Both the position numbers and the translations under genes were made by a program. The notes under the pieces are model-generated. The model was not told where the DNA came from and searched no databases. It worked only from the letters and a program-made list of their open reading frames with translations. A stretch of DNA of 64,000 nt from a virus, in IMG/VR virus record IMGVR_UViG_3300020165_002937; one strand, written 5' to 3'. This document shows positions 29,851-40,013 of the stretch, piece after piece. The stretch's first letter is position 1. Each line of letters opens with the position of its first letter.

Positions 29851-30779
29851 TACTTGAATATGAAAATGTTGTCGTAGGCAGTTCTTTGAGCGCTGTTTTA
29901 TATGCGTTCAATAATCAATACCCCCTTCTGTTTACGAAAGCCTCGCGCCCTTTTAGGTTTGATTATTTAGAACAGGGGGTAGACCTATCCTCTCTAAAAA
30001 TCCCGCGGGAGCTAAATGTCTTAACAACATTTCAAGAAAAAAAAGAAAAGGGAGTTCGCAAAGAGATTCTTTGGGAAAGGCTACTATTTTTATTATCCCT
30101 AGACGGTAATGTCCCGCTTTCTAATTTGTGCCACTCAATGCGGTATGACGGGGAAAAGATTACCTGCTCTAACGAATATTCTAAAATAGCAGAGATCGGC
30201 TTTGATCGGTGCATATATTTTGAGCAAGAGATATCCGGCCTTGATATTAAAAGAAAACTTGCAGACAACAGATATATGTGTTATGATTGGGTAGCTTTCC
30301 ATAAAGGGGGCAAGCATGAGATTGACTATTTTAAAACTGATGACGAGTTTGTGTCCGAAGTTTGGTTTTATCCATCGGATAGGATAGACGGAAATACTAA
30401 AATAAAAGATGCATGTATAAAATCCTTCATAGATAACGACTCCGTGAATGATTTTAATTTTTCAGAAACAATGGCTCGCTTTAAGCTAGTTCACGAAATG
30501 GAGTCGAGAGGGATGAAAGGAAAATTTAATGGATACGGAAAATCAGGAAAAGCAAGATATTACAAACATAGAACGTCTAGCATCTTCCGCCAAACATGTG
30601 GCGTCGAATATGAATACACGTCCGAATCCAGTCGGATTGAGATTGGTGAAAAGAATGAACAAGTTTTGCTGCAGAGCCTACCGGCGTCTTGTGTGGCCTA
30701 CGATAGATTTTTAATGAATTATGAAGAACACACACTTAGCAGGAATAATACCGGTCGCGAATCTAAAGTCGGAATTTGA
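29847..30779 (+). CDS. Hypothetical protein with degenerate Rossmann-like N-terminus
   Basis: 'ENVVVGSSLSAVLYA' resembles a dinucleotide-binding beta-alpha motif. Confidence 0.45.
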   Translation: MILEYENVVVGSSLSAVLYAFNNQYPLLFTKASRPFRFDYLEQGVDLSSLKIPRELNVLTTFQEKKEKGVRKEILWERLLFLLSLDGNVPLSNLCHSMRYDGEKITCSNEYSKIAEIGFDRCIYFEQEISGLDIKRKLADNRYMCYDWVAFHKGGKHEIDYFKTDDEFVSEVWFYPSDRIDGNTKIKDACIKSFIDNDSVNDFNFSETMARFKLVHEMESRGMKGKFNGYGKSGKARYYKHRTSSIFRQTCGVEYEYTSESSRIEIGEKNEQVLLQSLPASCVAYDRFLMNYEEHTLSRNNTGRESKVGI

Positions 30780-31596
30780 ACTTAAGACTCCCGAGATACT
30801 GCTGCCAATAAGTAGCGATTTTACAGCCATTCAAAAATCAGTTTTTGAGTGTGCATTGGCCGGCTGCAATACTATTTGGATTGTAGCTAATGACGATTTA
30901 GCACCGATAGTCAAACAGGTGGTAGGTGATTGGACTTACGATCCGGTGTATTATAACAGAATGTCTAAATTTAAGTCAGAACAAAGAAAAGAAATACCTA
31001 TATATTATGTTCCGATTCATCCAAAAGACCGCGCCCGTCGCGATTCTTATGGATGGTCAGTTTTGTATGGTATCCATTCGGCTTGGCGAGTGGCATATAA
31101 TATCTCTCACTGGTTAATACCCGAGAAATATTTTATATCATTTCCGATGTCCGTTTACAATTTTCATATATTAAGGGAACATCGGCCGGCAATTTCATCC
31201 AAAGAAAGAAACTTCTACCTGTCTTACGAAAACCAGACAGTGCAGGATGGGTTGCCACTACCATTTACTATGACAGGAGAAGATTTTAAAAAATGCCGAA
31301 GAGAAATAAACAAAAAAACCACAAAGGAATTTTTACACCCAGGACCCAACGAGCAATACCCTTCCGAGAGGTTGCCAATAGAAGAGCGCTGGTCGGCGCG
31401 CCATTTCAGCCTAAAAGAAATATTTGGGGAGGTTGATCGTGAAGAAGCTTTTAACGCTAGCCTCGATTGGTATAGTGATATTTCTACTTGGGGTGGATAT
31501 TGCAATTTTCTTGGGTCGACTAATTCCATAGAAACCCCCCAAAAGGCCTTGACGACCCCACACCAGCATGTTATGATACCTTATAAGGAGGATTAA
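30721..31596 (+). CDS. Divergent nucleotidyltransferase (NTP_transferase/GT-A-like)
   Basis: 'AGIIPVA', 'P..LLPI', 'ECALAGCNTIWIV', 'YSDISTW'. Confidence 0.55.
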   Translation: MKNTHLAGIIPVANLKSEFELKTPEILLPISSDFTAIQKSVFECALAGCNTIWIVANDDLAPIVKQVVGDWTYDPVYYNRMSKFKSEQRKEIPIYYVPIHPKDRARRDSYGWSVLYGIHSAWRVAYNISHWLIPEKYFISFPMSVYNFHILREHRPAISSKERNFYLSYENQTVQDGLPLPFTMTGEDFKKCRREINKKTTKEFLHPGPNEQYPSERLPIEERWSARHFSLKEIFGEVDREEAFNASLDWYSDISTWGGYCNFLGSTNSIETPQKALTTPHQHVMIPYKED

Positions 31597-34500
31597 ATGG
31601 ATCGAAATGATTCTAAAATTAAGTTTGTTGGCCTGCATGCACACAGTGTAGCCGGCTCTATTTTTGACGCTATCGGGTACCCCCAAGCTCATATGGACTT
31701 TGCATATAAAAATGGGTGTGATGCTTTGGCACTCACAGATCACGGGAACATGAACGGGTTAGCCTATCAGGTTTTACATGCGAAGAAGATGAAGGAGGCC
31801 GGCCAAGATTTTAAACCAATCTTTGGCTGCGAAGCTTATTTCATCCCGTCTATCGAAGATTGGAAGGAAGAATACACGAGAGCGATGGAAGACAAGAAGC
31901 GCGCCCGTTCAGCGAAGGCCGATACGGCGTCCGGCGCCACTGTCGAAGATGAAGGTGCATCCAAAAAGACTCAGGACATTTTAAGGCGCCGGCGCCACCT
32001 AGTTCTGCTGGCCCAAAATCAGACGGGATTGAACAACTTGTTCAAGCTTGTGTCAGAATCTTATAAAGCTGAAAATTTTTATCGCTATCCACGTATCGAC
32101 TACTCTCTTCTAAAGAAATATGGAGAGGGTATTATCGCCTCTTCTGCATGCCTAGGTGGCGTTTACGCAGGCAACTACTGGGAGAACCGAGATGATGGTG
32201 ATGAAGCCGTCCTAGATGCGATGAGAGAGTCTACACAACAAATGGTTGATATCTTCGGTGATCGCTGGTACGCTGAAGTTCAGTGGAACAATATCAAAGA
32301 ACAACACGAATTAAATCAATATGTTATTCAGGTTGCAGAAGAGTTTGGTGTCTCTGTTCTAACAACAGCCGATAGCCACTATCCCGATCCTGATGCTTGG
32401 AAAGACCGAGAGCTTTACAAGCGATTAGGTTGGCTAGGCAAAGGCCGCCCCTCTTGGGCCGAAGAAGAGTCCCAGCTGCCCGCCGGCGTAGAAGAGATCG
32501 GTTACGAACTGTATCCGAAGAATGGCGATCAAATGTGGGAGAGTTACAAGCAATACTCTAAGGAGCAGGGCTTTGAATATGACGATGAGTTGGTGTTGCA
32601 AAGTATCGAAGAATCTCACCGGATCGCTTTTAATCGTATTGAGTCGTTCTTACCAGATAACACAGTCCGCTTACCTGAATTTGTAGTACCGGCCGGCTTT
32701 ACAGCGACCCAAGCACTAGTGAATTATGCGCTTGAGGGCCTAAAAGATAAGGGGCTGCACACCAACAAGGAATACACAGATCGCTTGAAGCACGAACTTA
32801 ATGTGATTGATGATCGCGGCTTTTCAAAATACTTCTTAACAATGAAATCTATTGTTGATGTCGCAACCGATATGATGCTAACTGGCCCGGGCCGAGGATC
32901 TGCTGCCGGCTCGCTGGTGGCATATGCGTTAAACATCACACAAGTTGATCCCATTAAGTACGATCTACTGTTCTCTCGATTTTTGAGATCAGACGCAGAA
33001 GATTACCCAGACATCGACTATGATGTGTCCGATAGCATGTCGTTGAAAGAGCGGCTTGTTGAAATGTGGGGCGAAGATTGTGTCGCGCCAATCTCAAACT
33101 GGAACACACTACAGTTAAAATCTTTAATAAAAGACATCTCAAAGTTGTATAACATTCCCTTTACAGAGGTCAACACAGTTACCTCAATCATGATTCGTGA
33201 GGCCACCCCTGAAGCAAAACAAAAGCATGGTATCAAGGCCGGAGTGTACGTGCCGACTTGGGAAGAAGTCATGGAGTATTCTCCGGCGTTGCGTTCATAC
33301 TTGAATAAATACCCCGAAGTAAAAACTCATGTCGAGGGTCTGGTTGGACAGGTGAGATCCTGTTCACGTCATGCTGGCGGCGTTGTAATCGCGGAGAACC
33401 TTGACAAGAACATGCCTCTTATTAATTCTGGTGGGGTGCGACAGGCTCCATGGGCGGAAGGCCAGAACGTCCGACATCTTGAACCCATGGGCTTCATTAA
33501 GTTCGATCTTCTTGGTCTGTCGACCCTCAAGATGATGGAGGGGTGTATTGAACATATTCTTCACAGACACCACGGAGTAGAGACACCCACATTTGCGCAA
33601 GTCAGGGCTTACTACGAAAAGTACCTTCACCCCGATCGTCTTGATATGAACAACTCAGAGATATATGAAAATATTTTTCACTCTGGCAAGTGGGCTGGAA
33701 TCTTCCAGTTCACCGAGCAGGGCGCCCAGCAGTTTTGTGTTAGAGCCAAGCCCAACAACATTATTGATGTATCAGCGGTTACATCTATCTTTCGCCCCGG
33801 CCCCCTTTCGGCCGGCGTCGATGCTGACTATGTAGAGGCCAAGGAAAGCCCGCACTATATTAAATATCTTAACGATGACGCGCATGACATTACTCAGGAG
33901 ACCTTTGGTTTCTTGATCTTTCAAGAGCAGATCGCACTACTTGCTCACAAGCTTGGCGGTCTAACACTTGATGAAGGCAATATGCTTCGCAAGGTGCTGA
34001 CTAAGAAGGGTACTGGCAAGGGCTCAGTTAAGGGAAGGTTACATAACAAGTTCATTAGTGGCTGCGTCGAGAAGGGGATTGACAAAGACGAGGCTCAAAG
34101 TCTGTGGGACAAGTTTGAATACTTCTCAGGCTACGGCTTCAACAAGTCACATGCAGTTAGCTATTCGATCATATCTTACCAATGCGCATGGCTGTATAAT
34201 TACTACCCAGCCGAATGGATGGCTGCATTTTTAGACAAGGAACCAGAAAGTCGAAAAGAAAAGGCCATCAACATTGCTAAGCGCTTCGGCTTTAAGATAG
34301 CACCCCTCGACGTTAACAAGTCAGGTACCGTTTGGGAGATAAGCGATGATGGAAAGACTCTTATCCAGCCGCTGACTTCTATCAAGGGCTTAGGAAACGC
34401 TGCGATTGAGCAAGTCTTAAATAATCGGCCCTTCCCCGATATCGAATCTCTTCTTTTCAACGAGGGGATCGTTTATAGCAAGTTAAATAAAAAATCACTA

Positions 34501-35028
34501 GACGCTCTGTGTCGCGGCGGTGCCCTAGACAGTATCGTTGACGACAGGTTCACAGGTCGCAAACACTTCTGGTCCGCTTGCGTGGTCGACCGGCCCAAAA
34601 GTCAGAAAAAGTTTAAAGAAAACCTTGATCTGTATCGACCAGAGGGCGACTTTTCGGAGGAAGAGGTTATTCAATTTAAAGCTGACTTAACTGGCGTATT
34701 CCCGATTAACCTAGTAATTTCGGCAGAGACCGTTCAAAAACTGCAGGATAAATTTATCCCGCCTATTTCTGAATTTGATGAAGAACTGCTTGTTTGCTGG
34801 TTTATTCCACGAAAGATCACCGAACGTAAAACTAAGAACGGAAAGCTATATTGGATAGTTGAAGTGATCGATTCAAATAACCAATCGACTAGGATCAGGT
34901 GTTGGGGAGTAAAACCGGAAAAGGATAGGATTCATGTCAATCGACCCTATATGGCAAAGCTCAATTACGACAAGAACTGGGGCTTTTCAACTTATGCAAT
35001 TGGAAAGACGTTTAGGCTATTAGGATAA
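31597..35028 (+). CDS. dnaE: DNA polymerase III alpha subunit
   Basis: PHP domain 'HAHS', 'ALTDHG', 'GCEAY'; 'GPGRGSAAGSLVAY', 'PDIDYD', 'HAGGVVI', 'KFDLLGL', 'YGFNKSHA'. Confidence 0.96.
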   Translation: MDRNDSKIKFVGLHAHSVAGSIFDAIGYPQAHMDFAYKNGCDALALTDHGNMNGLAYQVLHAKKMKEAGQDFKPIFGCEAYFIPSIEDWKEEYTRAMEDKKRARSAKADTASGATVEDEGASKKTQDILRRRRHLVLLAQNQTGLNNLFKLVSESYKAENFYRYPRIDYSLLKKYGEGIIASSACLGGVYAGNYWENRDDGDEAVLDAMRESTQQMVDIFGDRWYAEVQWNNIKEQHELNQYVIQVAEEFGVSVLTTADSHYPDPDAWKDRELYKRLGWLGKGRPSWAEEESQLPAGVEEIGYELYPKNGDQMWESYKQYSKEQGFEYDDELVLQSIEESHRIAFNRIESFLPDNTVRLPEFVVPAGFTATQALVNYALEGLKDKGLHTNKEYTDRLKHELNVIDDRGFSKYFLTMKSIVDVATDMMLTGPGRGSAAGSLVAYALNITQVDPIKYDLLFSRFLRSDAEDYPDIDYDVSDSMSLKERLVEMWGEDCVAPISNWNTLQLKSLIKDISKLYNIPFTEVNTVTSIMIREATPEAKQKHGIKAGVYVPTWEEVMEYSPALRSYLNKYPEVKTHVEGLVGQVRSCSRHAGGVVIAENLDKNMPLINSGGVRQAPWAEGQNVRHLEPMGFIKFDLLGLSTLKMMEGCIEHILHRHHGVETPTFAQVRAYYEKYLHPDRLDMNNSEIYENIFHSGKWAGIFQFTEQGAQQFCVRAKPNNIIDVSAVTSIFRPGPLSAGVDADYVEAKESPHYIKYLNDDAHDITQETFGFLIFQEQIALLAHKLGGLTLDEGNMLRKVLTKKGTGKGSVKGRLHNKFISGCVEKGIDKDEAQSLWDKFEYFSGYGFNKSHAVSYSIISYQCAWLYNYYPAEWMAAFLDKEPESRKEKAINIAKRFGFKIAPLDVNKSGTVWEISDDGKTLIQPLTSIKGLGNAAIEQVLNNRPFPDIESLLFNEGIVYSKLNKKSLDALCRGGALDSIVDDRFTGRKHFWSACVVDRPKSQKKFKENLDLYRPEGDFSEEEVIQFKADLTGVFPINLVISAETVQKLQDKFIPPISEFDEELLVCWFIPRKITERKTKNGKLYWIVEVIDSNNQSTRIRCWGVKPEKDRIHVNRPYMAKLNYDKNWGFSTYAIGKTFRLLG

Positions 35029-35030
35029 AA

Positions 35031-35444
35031 ATGAAAAGAAAAGATTGGTCAGACAAAGACATATTAAAATCGATACCAAACCCGTCTGCGGAGGCATACG
35101 AGATTAAGCTTAAAGCTCCCGAGATAACTTTTGAAGGTGTCCGCGGCCAGCCTGATTTTGCGTCACTGTATATCACCTTTTACCCCAAAAGCAAGGTAAT
35201 CGAACTAAAATCCATGAAAGAGTATTTTTATCAGTTCCGAAGTAGGATTTATTCTTACGAGAGATTAATTAATGTAGTCTTTGAAGATATGATGAAAGTT
35301 TATGAACCCGAGAGGTTGCGACTTGTTATGGTATGCAACGCCCGTGGGGGAATCAGCTCCAAACTCACTATCGACTCGGACTGGGCAGCCCGCGGCGGAT
35401 CCGAAGATTACAGAGACTGGATTGGTCAACAGGAGGAATGGTAA
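35031..35444 (+). CDS. queF: QueF-like T-fold protein lacking the canonical catalytic Cys
   Basis: 'GQPDFA', QueF motif 'ELKSMKEYF', 'RGGIS'. Confidence 0.75.
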   Translation: MKRKDWSDKDILKSIPNPSAEAYEIKLKAPEITFEGVRGQPDFASLYITFYPKSKVIELKSMKEYFYQFRSRIYSYERLINVVFEDMMKVYEPERLRLVMVCNARGGISSKLTIDSDWAARGGSEDYRDWIGQQEEW

Positions 35445-36049
35445 TGAACATACTTAAAAACTTTAGCCCTTTGTTGAAAGAGGTAAAGCTTATTGATGAT
35501 CTCCCAGTCGTCATTCGGATTAGAAAATTTGATGAAGTTGCGGCTAAAGAGTTTTCCTCCTTAGTATGTAAGGCACAAAATACCGGCCAGCCAATTTTGC
35601 CAGTTATTATAGATAGCTATGGCGGTCAAGTTTATAGCTTGATGTCTATGATTTCAGATATTAAACACAGTCGTATTCCGATTGCCACAATTGTACAAGG
35701 CAAAGCCATGTCGTGCGGCGCTATACTTTTTAGTTTTGGAGCAGAAGGCCACAGGTATATGGATCCGGACGCAACAGTAATGATCCACGACGTGAGTTCT
35801 ATGGAGTTTGGAAAAGTAGAGGAGATTAAGGCGTCTGCAGAAGAGACTGAGCGCCTTAACCAAAAAATATATTCAATGATGGCAGAGAACTGCGGTCACC
35901 ACAAGGACTATTTTTTAGACATTGTACACGAAAAGAGTCATGCCGACTGGTTCTTGGAGGCTGACGAATGCAAAAAGCACAATCTTGCCAACCACTTAAA
36001 AATCCCGGAACTAAAAATTGAGACTAAAGTAACCTTCGACTTTAAATAG
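35444..36049 (+). CDS. clpP: ClpP-like protease 1
   Basis: 'IDSYGGQV', 'GKAMSCG', 'MIHD'; AGGAGG RBS. Confidence 0.85.
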   Translation: MNILKNFSPLLKEVKLIDDLPVVIRIRKFDEVAAKEFSSLVCKAQNTGQPILPVIIDSYGGQVYSLMSMISDIKHSRIPIATIVQGKAMSCGAILFSFGAEGHRYMDPDATVMIHDVSSMEFGKVEEIKASAEETERLNQKIYSMMAENCGHHKDYFLDIVHEKSHADWFLEADECKKHNLANHLKIPELKIETKVTFDFK

Positions 36050-36053
36050 AATC

Positions 36054-36764
36054 ATGGCAGCTTCAACAAAATTAAAATGGCGCAGAGCGATTAACCAGTT
36101 AAAATATTTATATGAAGAGTTTGATTTAATTACGCAGATATGCAAAGAATCCGGCTCTGAATTTGAGGTGTATTACCGAAAGTACTGTGCCAAAAACGGT
36201 GTCGACATAGATGGTCTAAACAGGCAACATAAAGAAAGGCTTGATAGCCTATATAAAAATATAAAAAAGCCGGAGGCTGCAGCACCCCCCGAATTGCCTG
36301 ACGATCTTGAAGTACAAGAAGTACTCCCGGGCTCACTTGTACTAAGCCCGTCAAGAGAGCCAGAAATTCATGATCCTGAGCATTCTGACGAAGACAGGGA
36401 AATGCACGAAATTTTTAGCAAATTATTTAAGAAAATAGCTGTCACCTTACACCCAGACAAGGTTAGCAGTATGGACATCAGCCCCTTCTTAGCGAAAGAG
36501 ATGATTGACGCATTCAAATCAGCAAGAACAGCGTTTGACGAGCGCCGATATTTCGATTTAGTTGAAATAGCTGAAAGATATCGTATCCCGCCACCCAAAA
36601 ACTATGCTCTACAGCATAAGTGGTTTCAGGGAGAGTCAGATAGAGTCAAAGATGTAATTTCTAGACAAAAGAATACTTATAATTATCTTTTTTCCGAATG
36701 CTCATTGGAGTCAGATAAGGAAGAACTGATTAGAGACTTCTTAAGAAGACTTTTTGGAATTTAA
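36054..36764 (+). CDS. J-domain-containing protein
   Basis: 'LFKKIAVTLHPDK....F..AR.A' with HPD motif. Confidence 0.65.
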   Translation: MAASTKLKWRRAINQLKYLYEEFDLITQICKESGSEFEVYYRKYCAKNGVDIDGLNRQHKERLDSLYKNIKKPEAAAPPELPDDLEVQEVLPGSLVLSPSREPEIHDPEHSDEDREMHEIFSKLFKKIAVTLHPDKVSSMDISPFLAKEMIDAFKSARTAFDERRYFDLVEIAERYRIPPPKNYALQHKWFQGESDRVKDVISRQKNTYNYLFSECSLESDKEELIRDFLRRLFGI

Positions 36765-36777
36765 AAGAAAAAACTAG

Positions 36778-36806
36778 TTGACTTATAGTCTTACATAGAT
36801 TATATT
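36778..36806 (+). promoter_or_regulatory. Sigma70 promoter
   Basis: TTGACT-N17-TATATT. Confidence 0.6.
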
Positions 36807-36832
36807 ATTAATGTAACAAAAAGGAGGGCCCC

Positions 36833-37087
36833 ATGGCCACAACAAACGACGAGAAGAAGCAATATGTCAAAGAATACATCCGTTCATTGGCAGCAATTGA
36901 AGAGTGCATCGAACCTTATCAGGAGCAGAAGCGAGAATTGCGCTCTGAGTTCCGAGAGAATGGATGGCTCAACACGGATGAGATTCGCGCTGCAGTAAAG
37001 GCATACCGCCTTTTCAAGCAAAAGTACAACATTGACGAAGTAGTCGAAAACTTTGAAATGATTAGCGGTGGTGAGGAAAATGAATAA
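36833..37087 (+). CDS. Small dsDNA-binding protein (GapR/T4 DsbA-like)
   Basis: Coiled-coil pattern 'KEYIRSLAAIEE.....EQKRELRSEF...G'. Confidence 0.45.
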   Translation: MATTNDEKKQYVKEYIRSLAAIEECIEPYQEQKRELRSEFRENGWLNTDEIRAAVKAYRLFKQKYNIDEVVENFEMISGGEENE

Positions 37088-37553
37088 GAATACACAGCTA
37101 ACAATGTTTTCATCTAAGACGGGAGAGTGGGCCACTCCCAGAGAGTTTTTTGATAAGCTAGACTGGAGATTCGGCCCTTTTGATTTAGACCCGTGTGCTG
37201 GCCCCGCTAACACAAAGTGCGCCAACTTTTTTACGGAGGCCGAGGATGGTCTAAGCAAAGATTGGTCAGGCTTTACTTCCTTTGTCAACCCACCTTATGG
37301 TCGTGGGATCGATAAGTGGATCCAGAAAGGATACCAAGAATCTCGCAAGGAAAACACCCGAGTGGTGATGCTTATTCCCGCAAGAACAGACACGAAGTAT
37401 TGGCACCAATATATTATGAAGGCCGACGAAGTTTATTTTGTGAAAGGCCGGCTAAAGTTTGGAGATAGCGATAATTCAGCGCCCTTCCCGTCTGCGGTAG
37501 TTGTATTCGATGGAAGTAACCGGCAGCAAATTTTTGGAGCCATGAATCGATGA
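37080..37553 (+). CDS. Phage N6-adenine DNA methyltransferase
   Basis: 'EWATP..FF..L', 'FDLDPCA', 'NPPY', 'LIPARTDT', 'GRLKF', 'APFPS'. Confidence 0.9.
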   Translation: MNKNTQLTMFSSKTGEWATPREFFDKLDWRFGPFDLDPCAGPANTKCANFFTEAEDGLSKDWSGFTSFVNPPYGRGIDKWIQKGYQESRKENTRVVMLIPARTDTKYWHQYIMKADEVYFVKGRLKFGDSDNSAPFPSAVVVFDGSNRQQIFGAMNR

Positions 37554-37831
37554 ACAGACAACAACGCAGGCTTCTAGAAAAAAAAATAGGAGCCAAGACG
37601 ACTAAAGACTTGGGAGATCAAATAAGTTTATTCCACAAACTACCCGATTTGTGCTCATCCTGTCAGGAACCATTTGATAAAATGAACGCTGATATGGTCA
37701 AGAGCTGGAATGTTATGGTCAAGCAAGAAGTCGTGCGCCTGTTCTGCCCAGATTGCGTTAGTAAAGCGAACGCAGTTGTTGACGATTTTATAGAAAAAAA
37801 CGGTTTAGGAGATAATAATGGAAAACAATGA
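37550..37831 (+). CDS. Zn-binding hypothetical protein
   Basis: 'MNRQQRR' start, two CxxC. Confidence 0.6.
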   Translation: MNRQQRRLLEKKIGAKTTKDLGDQISLFHKLPDLCSSCQEPFDKMNADMVKSWNVMVKQEVVRLFCPDCVSKANAVVDDFIEKNGLGDNNGKQ

Positions 37832-38237
37832 AAAGCAAAACAATAATAAAGCAGCAGTAGATCGACTGTCCAAGCAAGCATTGCAAAAAATATTGTCTGG
37901 CCAAGTCAAAGAAGACTCGACATGCTTCATAAAGTTCTATTCAAACACGTGTCATATGTGTCATTCGCTGCGACAGCACTATGTTGATGCAGTTTACGAA
38001 GTACAGGATAAACTAAGAAAAGATGGTCGCAAAGACGTACACTTTTTCGCTTTTAATATAGCAGATTACGTAGAGGCTGAGAAAATATTAGGCTTCGAAG
38101 GCGTGCCTACAATAATTATGGTGCGCACCAGCCGAAATCAGCCAAAGATAACGGTCCTACAAGACCCAAAAGAGCCACACAAAGAAATGTGGTATCACCC
38201 AAGAGACATCAAAAGTTTTTTTAACAAGGAGATATAA
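37818..38237 (+). CDS. Thioredoxin-like protein
   Basis: 'KFYSNTCHMC', 'GVPTI'. Confidence 0.75.
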   Translation: MENNEKQNNNKAAVDRLSKQALQKILSGQVKEDSTCFIKFYSNTCHMCHSLRQHYVDAVYEVQDKLRKDGRKDVHFFAFNIADYVEAEKILGFEGVPTIIMVRTSRNQPKITVLQDPKEPHKEMWYHPRDIKSFFNKEI

Positions 38238-38241
38238 ATAA

Positions 38242-38634
38242 ATGAAATACAAAACAATTTTTGAAGCAGCAAGAACAAAGTTAAGAGCGGAGGCCCTAGC
38301 ACACCTAGCAACCATAGAAGTTATGCTTCACAGCCCGGAGTCAGTTGAAGCAGATTTGATCGTCGACAAGATCGTTGAAGCAGCAAAGTTGCTGGCAATG
38401 CATGAGGGCGCCCTTATAACTATTAATCAGTACTTTGAGCCGAAACAGGCACCCCCGGCACCCCCACCAGCCCAGGCAGCTGTTATTCCACGCACCCCAA
38501 CCCCAGATCCTGGCCCACCGATAAGGGTGACAGAAGAGAACTCACCCACATATAAACGCGCAGTCCAGAAAGAAAAGATTAAAGCCGCGGCCAAAAAGCG
38601 CGCCCCCAAAACAACTAAAAAGAAGACCGAGTAG
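38242..38634 (+). CDS. Hypothetical protein with Pro-rich and basic tail
   Basis: ORF with AAGGAG RBS. Confidence 0.55.
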   Translation: MKYKTIFEAARTKLRAEALAHLATIEVMLHSPESVEADLIVDKIVEAAKLLAMHEGALITINQYFEPKQAPPAPPPAQAAVIPRTPTPDPGPPIRVTEENSPTYKRAVQKEKIKAAAKKRAPKTTKKKTE

Positions 38635-38642
38635 GACACAAC

Positions 38643-39674
38643 ATGAAATCAAATGAAGCATTGTCTTATGATGATATACTGCTGTCGCCGCAATATTCAG
38701 ATATCCGTTCGCGCTCAGAAATTGACACTTCGATCGACTTAGGAAATAATTTGGTATTAGAATTGCCTGTTTTTTCTTCACCGATGGACACGGTCTCTGA
38801 GTCTGAGATGGCTATAGCGCTAGCTAACAATGGAGGCGCCGCTGTAATTCACAGGTATAATACCATTCAACAACAGGCAGATGTCGTCGTCACAGCTAAA
38901 ACTGCTAACCCTCAGATGAAGATTGGAGCAGCTGTGGGTGTGACGGGCGACTATCTTAATCGCTCAGCCGTTATGACGGCGCTAGAAGTTGATTTCTTGT
39001 GCGTCGACGTAGCTCATGGCCACCACATCCTCATGAAAGAGGCGTTGGAGCAACTAAGGATAAAATTTGGAAAAGACATTCACATAATGGCGGGCAATGT
39101 AGCCTCACTATCGGCTATTAACGATTTGTCTGATTGGGGTGCTGACTCAGTTCGATGTAACATCGGCGGCGGTTCAATCTGTTCAACGAGGATTCAAACG
39201 GGCCATGGTGTCCCGGGCCTTCAGACAATATTGGACTGTGCTAAAACCGACAGAGATGTTAAAATAATCGCTGACGGCGGCATCAGGAATTCTGGTGATA
39301 TAGTTAAGGCTATCGCTGCCGGTGCAGATGCAGTGATGTGCGGTTCTCTCTTTGCCGGCACCGACGAGTCGCCAGGGAAAGTTATGCAGGACAAAACTGG
39401 TCATCGATGGAAGATCTATAGAGGCATGGCCAGCAAAGAAGCGCAGGTTGAATGGCGCGGCAAGTATTCGTCGCATGAAGGTGTCTCTACCACAATCCCC
39501 TATCAGGGCTCAGTGGAAACAATTTTAGAAGATCTGCGCCGGGGCATTGCATCGGGCTTTTCTTATTCGGGCGCAAGGACGATATCAGAGCTACAGGCAA
39601 AGGCCGAGTTTGTAGTGCAAACAACGTCCGGCTTGAGCGAAAGTCACACTCACATCTTAGGTCGAAAGTGGTAA
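38643..39674 (+). CDS. IMP dehydrogenase/GMP reductase family protein (no CBS domains)
   Basis: 'YDDILL.P', 'SPMDTV', 'DVAHGH', 'GGGSICSTR', 'IADGGIR', 'YRGMAS', 'YSGA'. Confidence 0.92.
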   Translation: MKSNEALSYDDILLSPQYSDIRSRSEIDTSIDLGNNLVLELPVFSSPMDTVSESEMAIALANNGGAAVIHRYNTIQQQADVVVTAKTANPQMKIGAAVGVTGDYLNRSAVMTALEVDFLCVDVAHGHHILMKEALEQLRIKFGKDIHIMAGNVASLSAINDLSDWGADSVRCNIGGGSICSTRIQTGHGVPGLQTILDCAKTDRDVKIIADGGIRNSGDIVKAIAAGADAVMCGSLFAGTDESPGKVMQDKTGHRWKIYRGMASKEAQVEWRGKYSSHEGVSTTIPYQGSVETILEDLRRGIASGFSYSGARTISELQAKAEFVVQTTSGLSESHTHILGRKW

Positions 39675-39680
39675 AGAAAA

Positions 39681-40013
39681 ATGCCAAATGAAAAAAACCA
39701 AAACTATGGTCGAGCCAACAAAAGGATTATTTTTACTGACACTGACCACCGGCATGCCCAATTAATTTTGCGTCTTAAGCACGATAATATGACACAAGCC
39801 GATTTTTTTCGTCTAATGATATCTGGATATTTGAGTGGTGAACCAGGCCTACAAGCATTCGTTGATGAGCATAAAGATATGTCGAAAACAAGAAAGTCGG
39901 TATCAAGAAAGTTGATAGATAAGGGGGTGAAAGCTTCCAAGCAATTAGGCTTTTCCGATGATGAGGTCACAAACATTTTTGATTTAATTGCAGAGGAGCA
40001 TCCTGAATTATGA
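39681..40013 (+). CDS. Hypothetical protein, possibly DNA-binding
   Basis: ORF translationally coupled to the sigma region 4-like gene. Confidence 0.5.
   Translation: MPNEKNQNYGRANKRIIFTDTDHRHAQLILRLKHDNMTQADFFRLMISGYLSGEPGLQAFVDEHKDMSKTRKSVSRKLIDKGVKASKQLGFSDDEVTNIFDLIAEEHPEL

Noticed and set aside
20858-35028. Inteins or introns in recA, helicase, nrdJ or dnaE
   Set aside because: Lengths are normal, frames are continuous, and no splice motifs or homing endonuclease motifs were seen
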